Source: Bryobacterales bacterium
GTDB taxonomy: Bacteria > Acidobacteriota > Terriglobia > Bryobacterales > UBA6623
Reading direction: 5' to 3'
Length of the DNA stretch: 64,000 nucleotides
NCBI GenBank assembly: GCA_965203925.1
Contig: OZ241924.1
Location: 1,152,629 to 1,216,628 of the forward strand
The notes beneath the pieces were generated by a model, which saw only the letters and a list, made by a program, of their open reading frames with translations, did not search any database and was not told where the DNA came from. The translations under genes and the position numbers were made by a program. Below, piece by piece: positions 26,387-36,116 of this stretch; positions within the stretch are counted from its first letter, which is position 1; every line of letters starts with the position of its first letter.

Positions 26387-27937
26387 GTGCTTAATCTGCT
26401 GACCGACCCGGTCATTCCGGTCGAACGCGCCGGAGACAGCATGGCTGTATCGCTGCCGGATTTGTTCGGGAGGCTCCGAACGGACGAGGTCGAGAGCTTT
26501 CCCGGCTTGGCGGCGCACCAAGCACAGGCGTGGTACCAATTCTTGGCACAGTTAGGTGCGGTAGCCCTCCGGCACGGTGGCCTCGCTGAGCCGCCGAGCG
26601 ATCCTCGAGTTTGGAGGGATCTATTCTCCGGCCTCACGCCGGAGTGCGCGGACACGGCTTGGAGCCTCGTCGTTGACGACTCAACGCGACCAGCCTTCCT
26701 CCAGCCTCCGACGGGCATGATCACCGCATTCAAGTGCGTGGCAGAGACGCCCGACGCACTCGACATCCTTGTGACTGCGAAGAATCACGACCGCAAGCAA
26801 TCGCAGGCACGAGGAGGAGAGCCCCATCTGTGGCTCTACGCCCTCATCGCGCTGCAGACGACCCAAGGTTTCTCCGGAAGGGGCAACCACGGGATCGCCC
26901 GGATGAACGGTGGGTTCTCTAGTCGCGTGCTGGTGGATCGACGGCCCGGACCACGCTGGGGGATACGGCTCGTCCGCGCGATCCGAATGCTACTTGCTCG
27001 CCGTAACGATGTCCTCAGGCATGCGCCGGACCACTATCGAGCAGAACGAGGATTGGCTTTGACATGGCTTCGGCGGTGGGACACGGATGCCCAGCTCCAG
27101 ATGCGGGAGCTGGACCCGTACTTCATCGAAGTCTGTAGGCGCATCAGGCTAAGGGGAACAACCGACACCTCTGTTCATGGCTGGGCAAGGCCAACGGGCA
27201 AGCCGCGGGTCAACGCGCGCCTGCTGAAGGGCAACTTGGGAGATCCCTGGGTCCCCATCAAACTCCGGGGAGCAGCCGCACTCACCGTCAGCGGAAGCGG
27301 GTTCGACTATCGCCTTATGCAGCGCATCCTGTTCCAGAGACGGGAGTTTATGCGGCCCCTCTCGCTCAGGGATCTGCCGGCTGAGCAGGACCGAGATGGC
27401 GAATTCCACATGGCTGTTCTCGTTCGGGGCCAAGGAAAGACAGAGGGGCTGCACGAGCGAGTAATTCCGCTACCACAGTCCAGCGCGGCGGCGTTCGACT
27501 CAGCTGCGGAGGATGACGACGAGAGCCCATCTCTCGCAGCTCTGTCAGAGCATATGGTCAAGCTTGCGGCTGACGTCCGCACGGTCCTGCGACAGACCGT
27601 GCTCGTGTACCTTCAAGGACCTGAGAATCCGGACTTCCGCAAGCCCGATGCTACACCAGTCCTCGGGAAGTTGGACCGAATGGTTGACCAGCGATTCTTC
27701 GCTCACCTTTTCGACTCGTCTCGGACCGGTGTCGACAGAGCGGACCTGGAATGGCAACGATTCCTTCGCCGACTGGCGACGCAGCTCGCGAGGAAAGAAG
27801 TCTGGGGTCGGATGACTCCGCCAAGCAGTCGCCGGGAGAAGGCCCGCGCCGCTTCCGAGGCGGTTCTGTTCGGCGGGTTGAGGAAGCGGCTGCCGCGCGC
27901 ATTCGCAAGGGAAGAATCGAAGGAGGGATCGGGATGA
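26387..27937 (+). CDS. cas8e: Type I-E Cas8e/Cse1 (CasA)
   Basis: N-terminus LNLLTDPVIPV is typical of Cse1. 516 aa. Positioned between cas3 and cse2. Confidence 0.93.
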   Translation: MLNLLTDPVIPVERAGDSMAVSLPDLFGRLRTDEVESFPGLAAHQAQAWYQFLAQLGAVALRHGGLAEPPSDPRVWRDLFSGLTPECADTAWSLVVDDSTRPAFLQPPTGMITAFKCVAETPDALDILVTAKNHDRKQSQARGGEPHLWLYALIALQTTQGFSGRGNHGIARMNGGFSSRVLVDRRPGPRWGIRLVRAIRMLLARRNDVLRHAPDHYRAERGLALTWLRRWDTDAQLQMRELDPYFIEVCRRIRLRGTTDTSVHGWARPTGKPRVNARLLKGNLGDPWVPIKLRGAAALTVSGSGFDYRLMQRILFQRREFMRPLSLRDLPAEQDRDGEFHMAVLVRGQGKTEGLHERVIPLPQSSAAAFDSAAEDDDESPSLAALSEHMVKLAADVRTVLRQTVLVYLQGPENPDFRKPDATPVLGKLDRMVDQRFFAHLFDSSRTGVDRADLEWQRFLRRLATQLARKEVWGRMTPPSSRREKARAASEAVLFGGLRKRLPRAFAREESKEGSG

Positions 27938-28506
27938 GTGTCGAATCTGCCAGTGAGGCCGCAAAGGCGGACGCGACCACATCGCTCCCCACAGTAGTTG
28001 CGAGGCTGTCGGCCTATCTGGACACGGGTCGGATTGGGACAGGGGCGTTGGCCGAGCTTCGGCGCATCAGCGATGACAGCCTTCCGCCCCAGTTCTGGAT
28101 TCTGTACCTGAAAGTTGTGCCGCCGGAGTGGCGCGAGCGCAACGGCAAACCGGATTTCCGCCATGACCTTGCTTGGGCGAGACTTACCCGCGCGATGGTC
28201 GCGATGGGGTCTCGCCCTCAGAAGTTTGAACTCTCATTCGGAACTGCACTCGCCAGCACCGGGTATTCCGAAGCGCGATTCGTCAGGCTGCTGCGGGCCG
28301 AGGGTGACGCGCTGGCCCGCGAACTTCGTGTGGCCGCAGATTGGCTGTCCCGTGCCGGTGTCGGTCAGGTCGACTGGGTACGCCCCGCTTCGCTGTTTCG
28401 TTGGGGACCGGGAATGAGATCGCGGCCCCGCATCGCTCGTCATCAATTGGCGCGAGACTACTTCAGGGTTGCCGCCAATCTATCCGATAACCAAAAAGGA
28501 GGTTGA
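27934..28506 (+). CDS. cse2: Type I-E Cse2/Cas11 (CasB)
   Basis: ATGA overlap with the cse1 stop. 190 aa, helical (LAELRRISDDSLPPQFWILYLKVV...). Canonical position. Confidence 0.9.
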   Translation: MSVESASEAAKADATTSLPTVVARLSAYLDTGRIGTGALAELRRISDDSLPPQFWILYLKVVPPEWRERNGKPDFRHDLAWARLTRAMVAMGSRPQKFELSFGTALASTGYSEARFVRLLRAEGDALARELRVAADWLSRAGVGQVDWVRPASLFRWGPGMRSRPRIARHQLARDYFRVAANLSDNQKGG

Positions 28507-28512
28507 GAATCC

Positions 28513-29685
28513 ATGATCGATAAATTCCTTCAATTCCACACACTCACCGGCTATGCCGCCACCTTGCTGAATCGTGACGACATTGGCAGGGCCAAGCGGT
28601 TGCCGTTCGGAGGTCACGACAGAATCCGAGTCTCGTCACAGTGCCTCAAGAGGCACTGGCGGGAGGCCACGGGCGAGTGGTCTCTGCAAGAACTCGGTAG
28701 TGGCAGATCGGTTCGGTCACGTCGAGTCTTCAGTGAGGTGATCGCCGGTCGGCTTCACGAGCGAGGGATCGAGGAGGCTGGCATCCTGAGCGTCCTCAAG
28801 CCGCTCCGCTCAGCGGTGCTTGGCGAGAGCATCAAGGCGCACCAAGCGGCCAAAGCCAGTGAGACTTCCGACGGGGCCAGCCCGCTTGACGCCCTAGAGA
28901 CCAGCCAGGTGATTGTGCTCGGGGAGCCCGAGATTGGCTTCCTGACGAGCCTTGCCGCAGATCTTGCCCGCGAGAGCGAGGGAGAGACCGCGAAGGCGGT
29001 CAAGGCGTACTTCAAGGACAAGAAGAACAAAGACAACCTGAAGTCACTGAGGCTCGGCGCCGGGCTCGACGCCGCCATCTTTGGGCGCATGGTGACGTCA
29101 GACCTGATGGCACGCTCGGACGCGGCGATTCATGTGGCTCACAGCTTCACTGTTCATGCAGAGGAAGCCGAGCCCGACTACTTTTCAGCGCTTGACGATC
29201 TCGTTGCGGCGAAGGGAGAGCTCGGGTCCGGGCACATCAACACGAGCGAACTGACGAGCGGTCTCTATTACTCCTACGTGGTTGTCGACTTGCAGCAGCT
29301 CACCGACAACCTCTCCGGAGATCGTGAACTGGCCGCAGAGGTCGTGAAGAGGCTCACCTATCTGATCTCGACTGTCTCGCCGGGTGCGAAGCTGGGGGCA
29401 ACGGCGCCTTATGCGTGCGCCGAACTCGTGCTTGCCGAGGCAGGTTCGCGCCAACCCCGCACACTGGCGAACGCCTTTATGGACGCAGTGCCCCAACGCG
29501 GGGTGCAACAGAAGGCGGCTGCCTTGATGGGTGACTATCTGGCTCGCTACGACGCCATGTACGGCGCGCACGAAGACCGGCGGCTGGCAACAATGATCGA
29601 GCCCGCCCCGAAGAACGCCGGTCATTCCGTGACACTTAACGAACTTGCCTGCTGGGCAGCGGATAAAGCGAGAGGACGCTCGTGA
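28513..29685 (+). CDS. cas7: Type I-E Cas7e (CasC/Cse4)
   Basis: MIDKFLQFHTLTGYAATLLNRDDIGRAKRLPFGGHDRIRVSSQCLKRHWR is the hallmark Cas7e N-terminus. 390 aa. Confidence 0.95.
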   Translation: MIDKFLQFHTLTGYAATLLNRDDIGRAKRLPFGGHDRIRVSSQCLKRHWREATGEWSLQELGSGRSVRSRRVFSEVIAGRLHERGIEEAGILSVLKPLRSAVLGESIKAHQAAKASETSDGASPLDALETSQVIVLGEPEIGFLTSLAADLARESEGETAKAVKAYFKDKKNKDNLKSLRLGAGLDAAIFGRMVTSDLMARSDAAIHVAHSFTVHAEEAEPDYFSALDDLVAAKGELGSGHINTSELTSGLYYSYVVVDLQQLTDNLSGDRELAAEVVKRLTYLISTVSPGAKLGATAPYACAELVLAEAGSRQPRTLANAFMDAVPQRGVQQKAAALMGDYLARYDAMYGAHEDRRLATMIEPAPKNAGHSVTLNELACWAADKARGRS

Positions 29686-30476
29686 TGGAGGCCCTGATCC
29701 TACACCTGCAGGCACCGCTCATGAGTTTCGGTGGCCCCCAGGTCGACCATATCGGGCAGACCGGGCTGTTTCCGACCCTGAGCCAAGTCACTGGCCTGAT
29801 TGCCAACGCGCTCGGATACACGCACCGCGAGGCAACTCGGACGCAGGCGCTGCAGGATCGGCTGTCCTTGGCAAGCGCCTTGGTGCGCGAGGGCGATGAT
29901 CTGCGAGACTTCCAAACGGTCGACCTCGGTCAGCCGCACCTGCGAACGCCCGGGTGGACCACGCGTGGCCGGACTGAGCATCGCGATGGCGGTCCCGCAG
30001 CTCGATACGGCACGCACATACGGCTTCGACACTATCGCGCCGACGCTAGCGTTCTGTGCGCTTTGTCGCTGTCGCCTGCTGGTCGCGAGCCTAGGCTTAG
30101 CGCTGTCCGTGCCGCTCTCGACCGACCACACCGTCCGCTCTCAATCGGCCGTAAGCCGTGCTTGCCGTCGACACGGCTCGTGGTTGGAATGGTCGGGCAC
30201 AGCGACAGCCTCGCCAGTGCACTTGAGAGCGTGCCGTCAACGTTCTCGGACAGGTGGCGCCAGATTGCGGCCCGCCTAGGCGACTGTGACGAACTTCTGG
30301 CCGAGTGGCCCCGAGATGACGGACCCGTCGCAGCGGGGGCGAGGGGTGCGACGAAACATCGGGTGATCGACCGCCGAGATTGGAGAAACCAACTTCACGG
30401 GGGAGAGAGGGTCGTGGTCCGGGGCCTGCTCAAACTACGTAGAGATGACAATCCATCGACGGGGGACGCACCATGA
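29682..30476 (+). CDS. cas5: Type I-E Cas5e (CasD)
   Basis: EALILHLQAPLMSFGGPQVDHIGQTGLFPTLSQVTGLIANALGY. The start (GTG 29682 or ATG 29685) overlaps the cas7 stop. Confidence 0.93.
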   Translation: MMEALILHLQAPLMSFGGPQVDHIGQTGLFPTLSQVTGLIANALGYTHREATRTQALQDRLSLASALVREGDDLRDFQTVDLGQPHLRTPGWTTRGRTEHRDGGPAARYGTHIRLRHYRADASVLCALSLSPAGREPRLSAVRAALDRPHRPLSIGRKPCLPSTRLVVGMVGHSDSLASALESVPSTFSDRWRQIAARLGDCDELLAEWPRDDGPVAAGARGATKHRVIDRRDWRNQLHGGERVVVRGLLKLRRDDNPSTGDAP

Positions 30477-31336
30477 GCGTGCTGCACCTTGTACGGCTTC
30501 CATTGGATCTCCGTAGGCTGACGGAATGGGCACTTGACCGTGGGTATCTATCTGTGCCGGCCGGTGACGGGCGCGGACGGCCACGACATCCGGATCTGGG
30601 CTATGCCCTACACGCGTATCTCTCAGGCCTGTTCGGTGAACAGTCGCCAAGACCGTTTGCAATTCCACCGATGGGCCAACGCAGAGGTAGCCGAGCGACA
30701 TCCGCACGGTATGTCAAGGACGGGGGCCTTGATCTACTTGGATACGCACGGTTGCCTATACAGTCCCTTCGGACGTTGGCACAACTCTCTGACGCCAGTC
30801 TCCAGTCCGTGATCAACTGGAACGGGGCAGGCTCCAAGCCTATGCCCACCCTGTGGCCTAGAAATCTGCGGCTTCGGTTCGATCTCCGCGCGTGCCCTGT
30901 GCGGCGGATCATGAAGCCGATCACTACGACGAGCCGCCCAGGCTTGCCCAGAGCAACCTTCTCGAAGGGTTCTGAGGTTGATGCCTACCAGCTAGCTGCG
31001 ATCCGGGCACGTGACAGCGGGTGCGCGATCCCATCTCGAAGTGAGGTCTACATCGAGTGGCTAGCGCAGCGGCTTGGTGCGTCGCCGGGACGGGTGGAAG
31101 CAGTCTCGCTGGTGCCAAGATCAGTCCAGATCGAGTCGTATCGTTCAACTCGGCTACTGCGACGCCCGAGAGCATCGAGCGGAGGCCGGTCTAGTCGGTG
31201 GCTGACGCGCCCCGAAGTTCGATTCACCGGACTTCTGGAGGTAGTCGACCCGGAAGCCATGCCAGCCTTACTTACGAGCGGAATCGGCCGCCATTGCGGA
31301 TTCGGATTCGGAATGCTCCTACTCAGGCCAGCTTGA
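30473..31336 (+). CDS. cas6: Type I-E Cas6e (CasE), unusually long (287 aa)
   Basis: ATGA overlap with the cas5 stop. C-terminal GIGRHCGFGFGMLLLRP is the Cas6e glycine-rich loop signature. Canonical position. Confidence 0.9.
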   Translation: MSVLHLVRLPLDLRRLTEWALDRGYLSVPAGDGRGRPRHPDLGYALHAYLSGLFGEQSPRPFAIPPMGQRRGSRATSARYVKDGGLDLLGYARLPIQSLRTLAQLSDASLQSVINWNGAGSKPMPTLWPRNLRLRFDLRACPVRRIMKPITTTSRPGLPRATFSKGSEVDAYQLAAIRARDSGCAIPSRSEVYIEWLAQRLGASPGRVEAVSLVPRSVQIESYRSTRLLRRPRASSGGRSSRWLTRPEVRFTGLLEVVDPEAMPALLTSGIGRHCGFGFGMLLLRPA

Positions 31337-31354
31337 GGTCGTTGGAAGACGGAC

Positions 31355-32245
31355 ATGGGTAGCGTGCTCCCGGGTCGCCTCGGACTTGATTCCGCGCGCA
31401 TACCGCATGTAGACCGTCACGGTCTAGCGTGGCTCTCGCGCGGCCACCTGGCAGTCGAGCAGGGCACACTGCGCTTCCAGACAGTTGGCACGAATGACTT
31501 GCCGGCTGGCGACTACGCGATACCGTTTCAAATGGTATCGATCTTGCTACTGGGACCGGGTAGCACGGTCAGCCACGACGCACTTCGGCTATGTGCTCGG
31601 CATGGCACATGTTTGGTTGCCGTCGGCCAGGACGGCGTTCGAGCATACACAGCACCCGCGCTAGGGCCTGACAACTCCGCCATTGCTCGAACGCAGGCCA
31701 GAATCTGGGCCGATCCGGACAAACGAATCATGATCGCTCGGCTGATGTACGCAAAGCGCATGGGAGAAGTGTTTCCTCACCGTGAACTCGCGGCGCTCAG
31801 GGGCATGGAGGGGGCGAGGATGCGTGCGCAGTATCAGGCAGTCGCCAGCCAGTACGGCATTGCGTGGCGTGGTCGCCGCTACGATCGGGCAGACCCGCAG
31901 TCGGCAGATCTGCCCAATCAGGCCATCAACCATGCTGCAACTGCGATAGAAGCGGCAGCATCGGTTGCCGTAACCAGCGTCGGTGCACTTCCGCAGCTGG
32001 GATTTATCCATGAAGATTCTGGAATAGCGTTCGTGCTTGACATTGCTGACCTCTATCGTGGCGATGTGACTCTACCTGTTGCATTCGGCGCTGTTCGGGC
32101 CCACAAGCGAGATGCATCGATCCCATTGGAGCGTCGGGTACGACAGCTCGCCGGGAAGGAGTTTCGGAGGCGAAAGCTGATCTCGGAAATGATCGGACGA
32201 ATCAAGGAGATACTCAATGCCGATGTCCGTGATAGTGACGCGTGA
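31355..32245 (+). CDS. cas1: Type I-E Cas1
   Basis: 296 aa. RIPHVDRHGLAWLSRGHLAVEQGTLRF, NHAATAIEAAA and LGFIHEDSGIAFVLDIADLYR are typical Cas1e blocks. Confidence 0.95.
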   Translation: MGSVLPGRLGLDSARIPHVDRHGLAWLSRGHLAVEQGTLRFQTVGTNDLPAGDYAIPFQMVSILLLGPGSTVSHDALRLCARHGTCLVAVGQDGVRAYTAPALGPDNSAIARTQARIWADPDKRIMIARLMYAKRMGEVFPHRELAALRGMEGARMRAQYQAVASQYGIAWRGRRYDRADPQSADLPNQAINHAATAIEAAASVAVTSVGALPQLGFIHEDSGIAFVLDIADLYRGDVTLPVAFGAVRAHKRDASIPLERRVRQLAGKEFRRRKLISEMIGRIKEILNADVRDSDA

Positions 32246-32516
32246 CGTTCCAGCCCGGTTTCGCGGGTTCCTCGCATCCTGTATGTTGGAGATCGCTCCG
32301 GGTGTGTACACGCAGCCGGACATGTCCGCGTCGGTTCGAGAGCGAGCGTGGTCGGTCCTGTCCAAGTGGTGGGCCTATTACGGTAAGGGTTCGGTTGTGA
32401 TGACTTGGGCGAGGCCAGACACTCCCGAGCGTCAAGGGGTCCTTGTGCTAGGAGAGCCACCAAAGAAGCTCGTTGAGTACGACGGACTGTACCTTGTCCG
32501 CCGCGGCGAGAAGTAA
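32217..32516 (+). CDS. cas2: Type I-E Cas2 (no fused domain)
   Basis: 99 aa. MSVIVTRDVPARFRGFLASCMLEIAPGVYT. Overlaps the cas1 3' end. The TAA stop is at 32514-32516. Confidence 0.93.
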   Translation: MPMSVIVTRDVPARFRGFLASCMLEIAPGVYTQPDMSASVRERAWSVLSKWWAYYGKGSVVMTWARPDTPERQGVLVLGEPPKKLVEYDGLYLVRRGEK

Positions 32517-32556
32517 GGGGGCGTTGTGTACGGCTGATTTTCGCTCTTCCTTTAGG

Positions 32557-34598
32557 GCTTCCCCCGCACACGCGGGGATGGACCGCTAATCCAAAGCACA
32601 GTATAGAAAAGGCCCTGGCTTCCCCCGCACACGCGGGGATGGACCCAGCAGGAAACAGGGCGCGGTCATGCATCGCTGGCTTCCCCCGCACACGCGGGGA
32701 TGGACCGCCGGGACCGGCGACGTCGCTCACGTGGTCTCAGCTTCCCCCGCACACGCGGGGATGGACCGCTCCTTTGCGATCTGCTCCAGCGCTAGTGTTC
32801 GCTTCCCCCGCACACGCGGGGATGGACCCGTCAAGACCGCCAACCTTTACGGGCGTTTGCAGCTTCCCCCGCACACGCGGGGATGGACCGCACTGCGAGC
32901 ACTCCGGGCTCGTGGTGGACTTGCTTCCCCCGCACACGCGGGGATGGACCCATGGAGGACTTCTACGGGGTTCGTCCGTGCGGGCTTCCCCCGCACACGC
33001 GGGGATGGACCGGATGCTCAAGCTACAGCTACTCAACAACGCCAGCTTCCCCCGCACACGCGGGGATGGACCTCCGAAGACCCCTGCCCGCTGGCCCCGC
33101 GCACCGCTTCCCCCGCACACGCGGGGATGGACCCCAGCACGTCGGCCTGAGAGGCGAACAGCTCCCGCTTCCCCCGCACACGCGGGGATGGACCGCACGA
33201 TCATGCCAGACGGCCGCGAGTGGCGTAGCTTCCCCCGCACACGCGGGGATGGACCCGCGGCGCCGTCTGGAAGGCGGACTACTGGACGGCTTCCCCCGCA
33301 CACGCGGGGATGGACCCGACGCCGCGCGGGGCGTGCTCCTGCCGACCGCGCTTCCCCCGCACACGCGGGGATGGACCCCGCTTCTGAGGCGCGTCCGCCC
33401 GACCCCCCGCGCTTCCCCCGCACACGCGGGGATGGACCTGCTTGACCTTCTCCGACCACTCGTGCACGGTAGCTTCCCCCGCACACGCGGGGATGGACCC
33501 TGCGTACCAAGGCATATCAACCCCCCAAATGCGCTTCCCCCGCACACGCGGGGATGGACCCGTGGATCACGGTACTCAGTCGCAGCGTGGCGAGCTTCCC
33601 CCGCACACGCGGGGATGGACCGCTATACACGTCTGGCGGCACGAGCACGGGTATGCTTCCCCCGCACACGCGGGGATGGACCCACGTCGGCGGGCTCGAT
33701 ACCAAAGCCGTCGTCGCTTCCCCCGCACACGCGGGGATGGACCCACGAGTTTCATAACGGCTTGATTATAGGGAGTGCTTCCCCCGCACACGCGGGGATG
33801 GACCGGAGCTCCGCACGGAGCTCGACATCTTCGTTCCGCTTCCCCCGCACACGCGGGGATGGACCCGTGAAGTGTCGGAGCTTGTCCCGGATGGCGGCGC
33901 TTCCCCCGCACACGCGGGGATGGACCCAGGCACAGCACGGCGACCAGCACCTTGGCCGGGCTTCCCCCGCACACGCGGGGATGGACCCGGCGGTGACCGA
34001 CCGATTGGGCTGGGCAAACGGCTTCCCCCGCACACGCGGGGATGGACCCGAGTCCTTCGCGTTGGCCAGCGAGTCGGCCTGGCTTCCCCCGCACACGCGG
34101 GGATGGACCCTGGATGACCTACGCCCAGAGTCCTTGGGCCCAGCTTCCCCCGCACACGCGGGGATGGACCGATGGACCCTGACGGGGCATCCTATATCAC
34201 GACGCTTCCCCCGCACACGCGGGGATGGACCGCACAGGGCCGCCGTGCTGGCCTCTAGCGCGATGCTTCCCCCGCACACGCGGGGATGGACCTCTTGGCG
34301 ACGTGCGGATCATCGCGGGCAATCCGCTTCCCCCGCACACGCGGGGATGGACCCGACGCCCCGTTCCACCCGCGCCTGGTGGCGCCGCTTCCCCCGCACA
34401 CGCGGGGATGGACCGCAGGATCCGGGCGGCAAGGGCGGTGGTACCATGCTTCCCCCGCACACGCGGGGATGGACCGTTGCGCCCATCTCTCCAATGTGCT
34501 CTCTGGTCGCTTCCCCCGCACACGCGGGGATGGACCTGCCTTCCTCTTCTCAGACCGGCAGGGCGTCTTGCTTCCCCCGCACACGCGGGGACGGAACA
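32557..34598 (+). CRISPR. Type I-E CRISPR array: 34 repeats, 33 spacers, strict 61-bp period
   Basis: 28-nt invariant core GCTTCCCCCGCACACGCGGGGATGGACC plus a variable 29th base. Repeat starts checked at 32557, 32618, 33045, 34204 and 34570 (all equal 32557+61n). The last repeat is degenerate (GCTTCCCCCGCACACGCGGGGACGGAACA). The core matches the I-E consensus pattern ...CCCCGC...GCGGGGAT..ACC. Confidence 0.98.
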
Positions 34599-35134
34599 GA
34601 CCAGTGATCCTATGATCCACAGTTAACACCGCGCTTCGCCCTCGCGGGCACGGGTGAGCGGGGGGGCGGAATCGTCGCAGCCGACCCCTAGCGTGGGAAC
34701 GCGACCGCTTCTGGCAGGATGTCTACGGAGCGGTGCCACCCGTTGGCAAATGTGCTTACCACATACCAAGACACGGGTCTCAAGGGACTCCACCTCTGCT
34801 GCTCCGAGGTAGGCAGAGTAATCCGTCCCTAACTCCCGGTCGGAGAAGTGCGTCCTAGCGCAGCAACAGCACGGCGCACAGATCGGCGAACGCCAGTCGG
34901 CGTTGCCGAGAAGAGCGGCAACCGTGGCCCTGCCGAACGGGCCTCGATGCTACGGCGACCTCGCCATTGGGCAGGGAGGTCAGGCTTTTTGGCGGCTATC
35001 ACCACAGACAGGCGCGCTGCTACGTATCGTCGAAGACCTGCCGCACTTGGCACTTGCATCTAGGCAACTGCGGTCGGATGAAGCCAGAGGCACCGAACCA
35101 CGCCCGGGGAGTGCTAGCCCAAGATCGCCGGACG

Positions 35135-36052
35135 TCAGCCTGATCGGTCGGGAGAACCACCAAATTTCCCAAGGTGTGCGAGCCAGCCCAATTCAGAGAG
35201 CACCTGGGCGAGGTGGGCGCAGCTCGCGTCCGACGGCCGCGTCAGGGGAAGTCGGTAGCGAGCCTCGTCGAGCAAGCCCATGAGCTCCAAGACCACCTTG
35301 ACGGGACCGGGGCTGGTCTCACAGAAGTTCGCATCCATCAGCGGGAGGTAACGCCGGTGCAGTTCGCGCGCACCCGCGAAGTCGCCAGCCAAAGCGCGCT
35401 CGCACAATCTCGCCATCGGCCCGGGCACCTCGTTCGAGACGACAGAAATCACACCGACGCCGCCAAGGGCCATCAGCGGGAGTGTCACCGAGTCGTCACC
35501 CGAGAGCACAGCGAACCCGGGAGGGGCCAGCTGGCAGACTTGGCCCATCTGTGAAATGTCCCCCGAGGCTTCCTTGACTCCGACAACGGTGTCGAGTTCC
35601 GCCAAGCGCCGAAGGAGGGCGGGCTGGACGTTGCAACTGGTGCGACCCGGCACGTTGTAGACGATGATCGGCAGGTCCGTGGCAGACGCGATCGCCGAGT
35701 AGTGCTCGAACAAGCCCTGCGGTGTCGGCTTGTTGTAGTACGGGGTAACCGAGAGCAGGCCGTGCGCCCCGAGGTCGGCGAGGTCCCGCGCCAAGTCGCA
35801 CACCGACGCGGTGTTATATCCGCCGCAGCCGGCCAGAACAGGCGCCGGGCCAGCCTCCTCCAGCGTGATCTCTACCAATCGCAGGTGCTCTGAGCGTGAC
35901 AGTGTGGGACTCTCGCCCGTCGTGCCGCCGGGAACCAAGAAGTGCACGCCCCCCTGCACCTGCCGGCGCACGAGCCGACGCAGGGCCGCCTCGTCAAGCG
36001 AGCCGTCCTTGGCGAAAGGGGTGATCAGGGCCGTGCCGCATCCCTTGAACAT
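35135..36052 (-). CDS. dapA: 4-hydroxy-tetrahydrodipicolinate synthase
   Basis: MFKGCGTALITPFAKDGSLDEAALRRLVRRQVQGGVHFLVPGGTTGESPTLS. 305 aa. DapA family layout. Confidence 0.95.
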   Translation of the reverse strand: MFKGCGTALITPFAKDGSLDEAALRRLVRRQVQGGVHFLVPGGTTGESPTLSRSEHLRLVEITLEEAGPAPVLAGCGGYNTASVCDLARDLADLGAHGLLSVTPYYNKPTPQGLFEHYSAIASATDLPIIVYNVPGRTSCNVQPALLRRLAELDTVVGVKEASGDISQMGQVCQLAPPGFAVLSGDDSVTLPLMALGGVGVISVVSNEVPGPMARLCERALAGDFAGARELHRRYLPLMDANFCETSPGPVKVVLELMGLLDEARYRLPLTRPSDASCAHLAQVLSELGWLAHLGKFGGSPDRSG

Positions 36053-36116
36053 CCTGCTACTCCAATCGTCGAAGCAACATCATCGCACGGCCCAGACCGG
36101 CTGGTAGGATGCTTGC

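Noticed and set aside
32586-34569. Self-targeting spacers against this window
   Set aside because: By eye, none of the 33 spacers matches the IS630 remnant, the island genes or any other part of the window. This is not an exhaustive search, and the rest of the genome is unseen.
32053-34629. About 15 long ORFs on both strands (up to 574 aa) with reiterated peptides such as PHTRGWT, FPRTRGDGP, SPAHAGMD and PRVCGGS
   Set aside because: They are translations of the 29-nt CRISPR repeat recurring every 61 bp, which shifts the frame by one each unit. They are not genes.
34599-35134. Second degenerate array or a cas-associated gene between the array and dapA
   Set aside because: There are no further repeat-like units beyond the degenerate 34th repeat. 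Only short, overlapping, compositionally biased ORFs are present.
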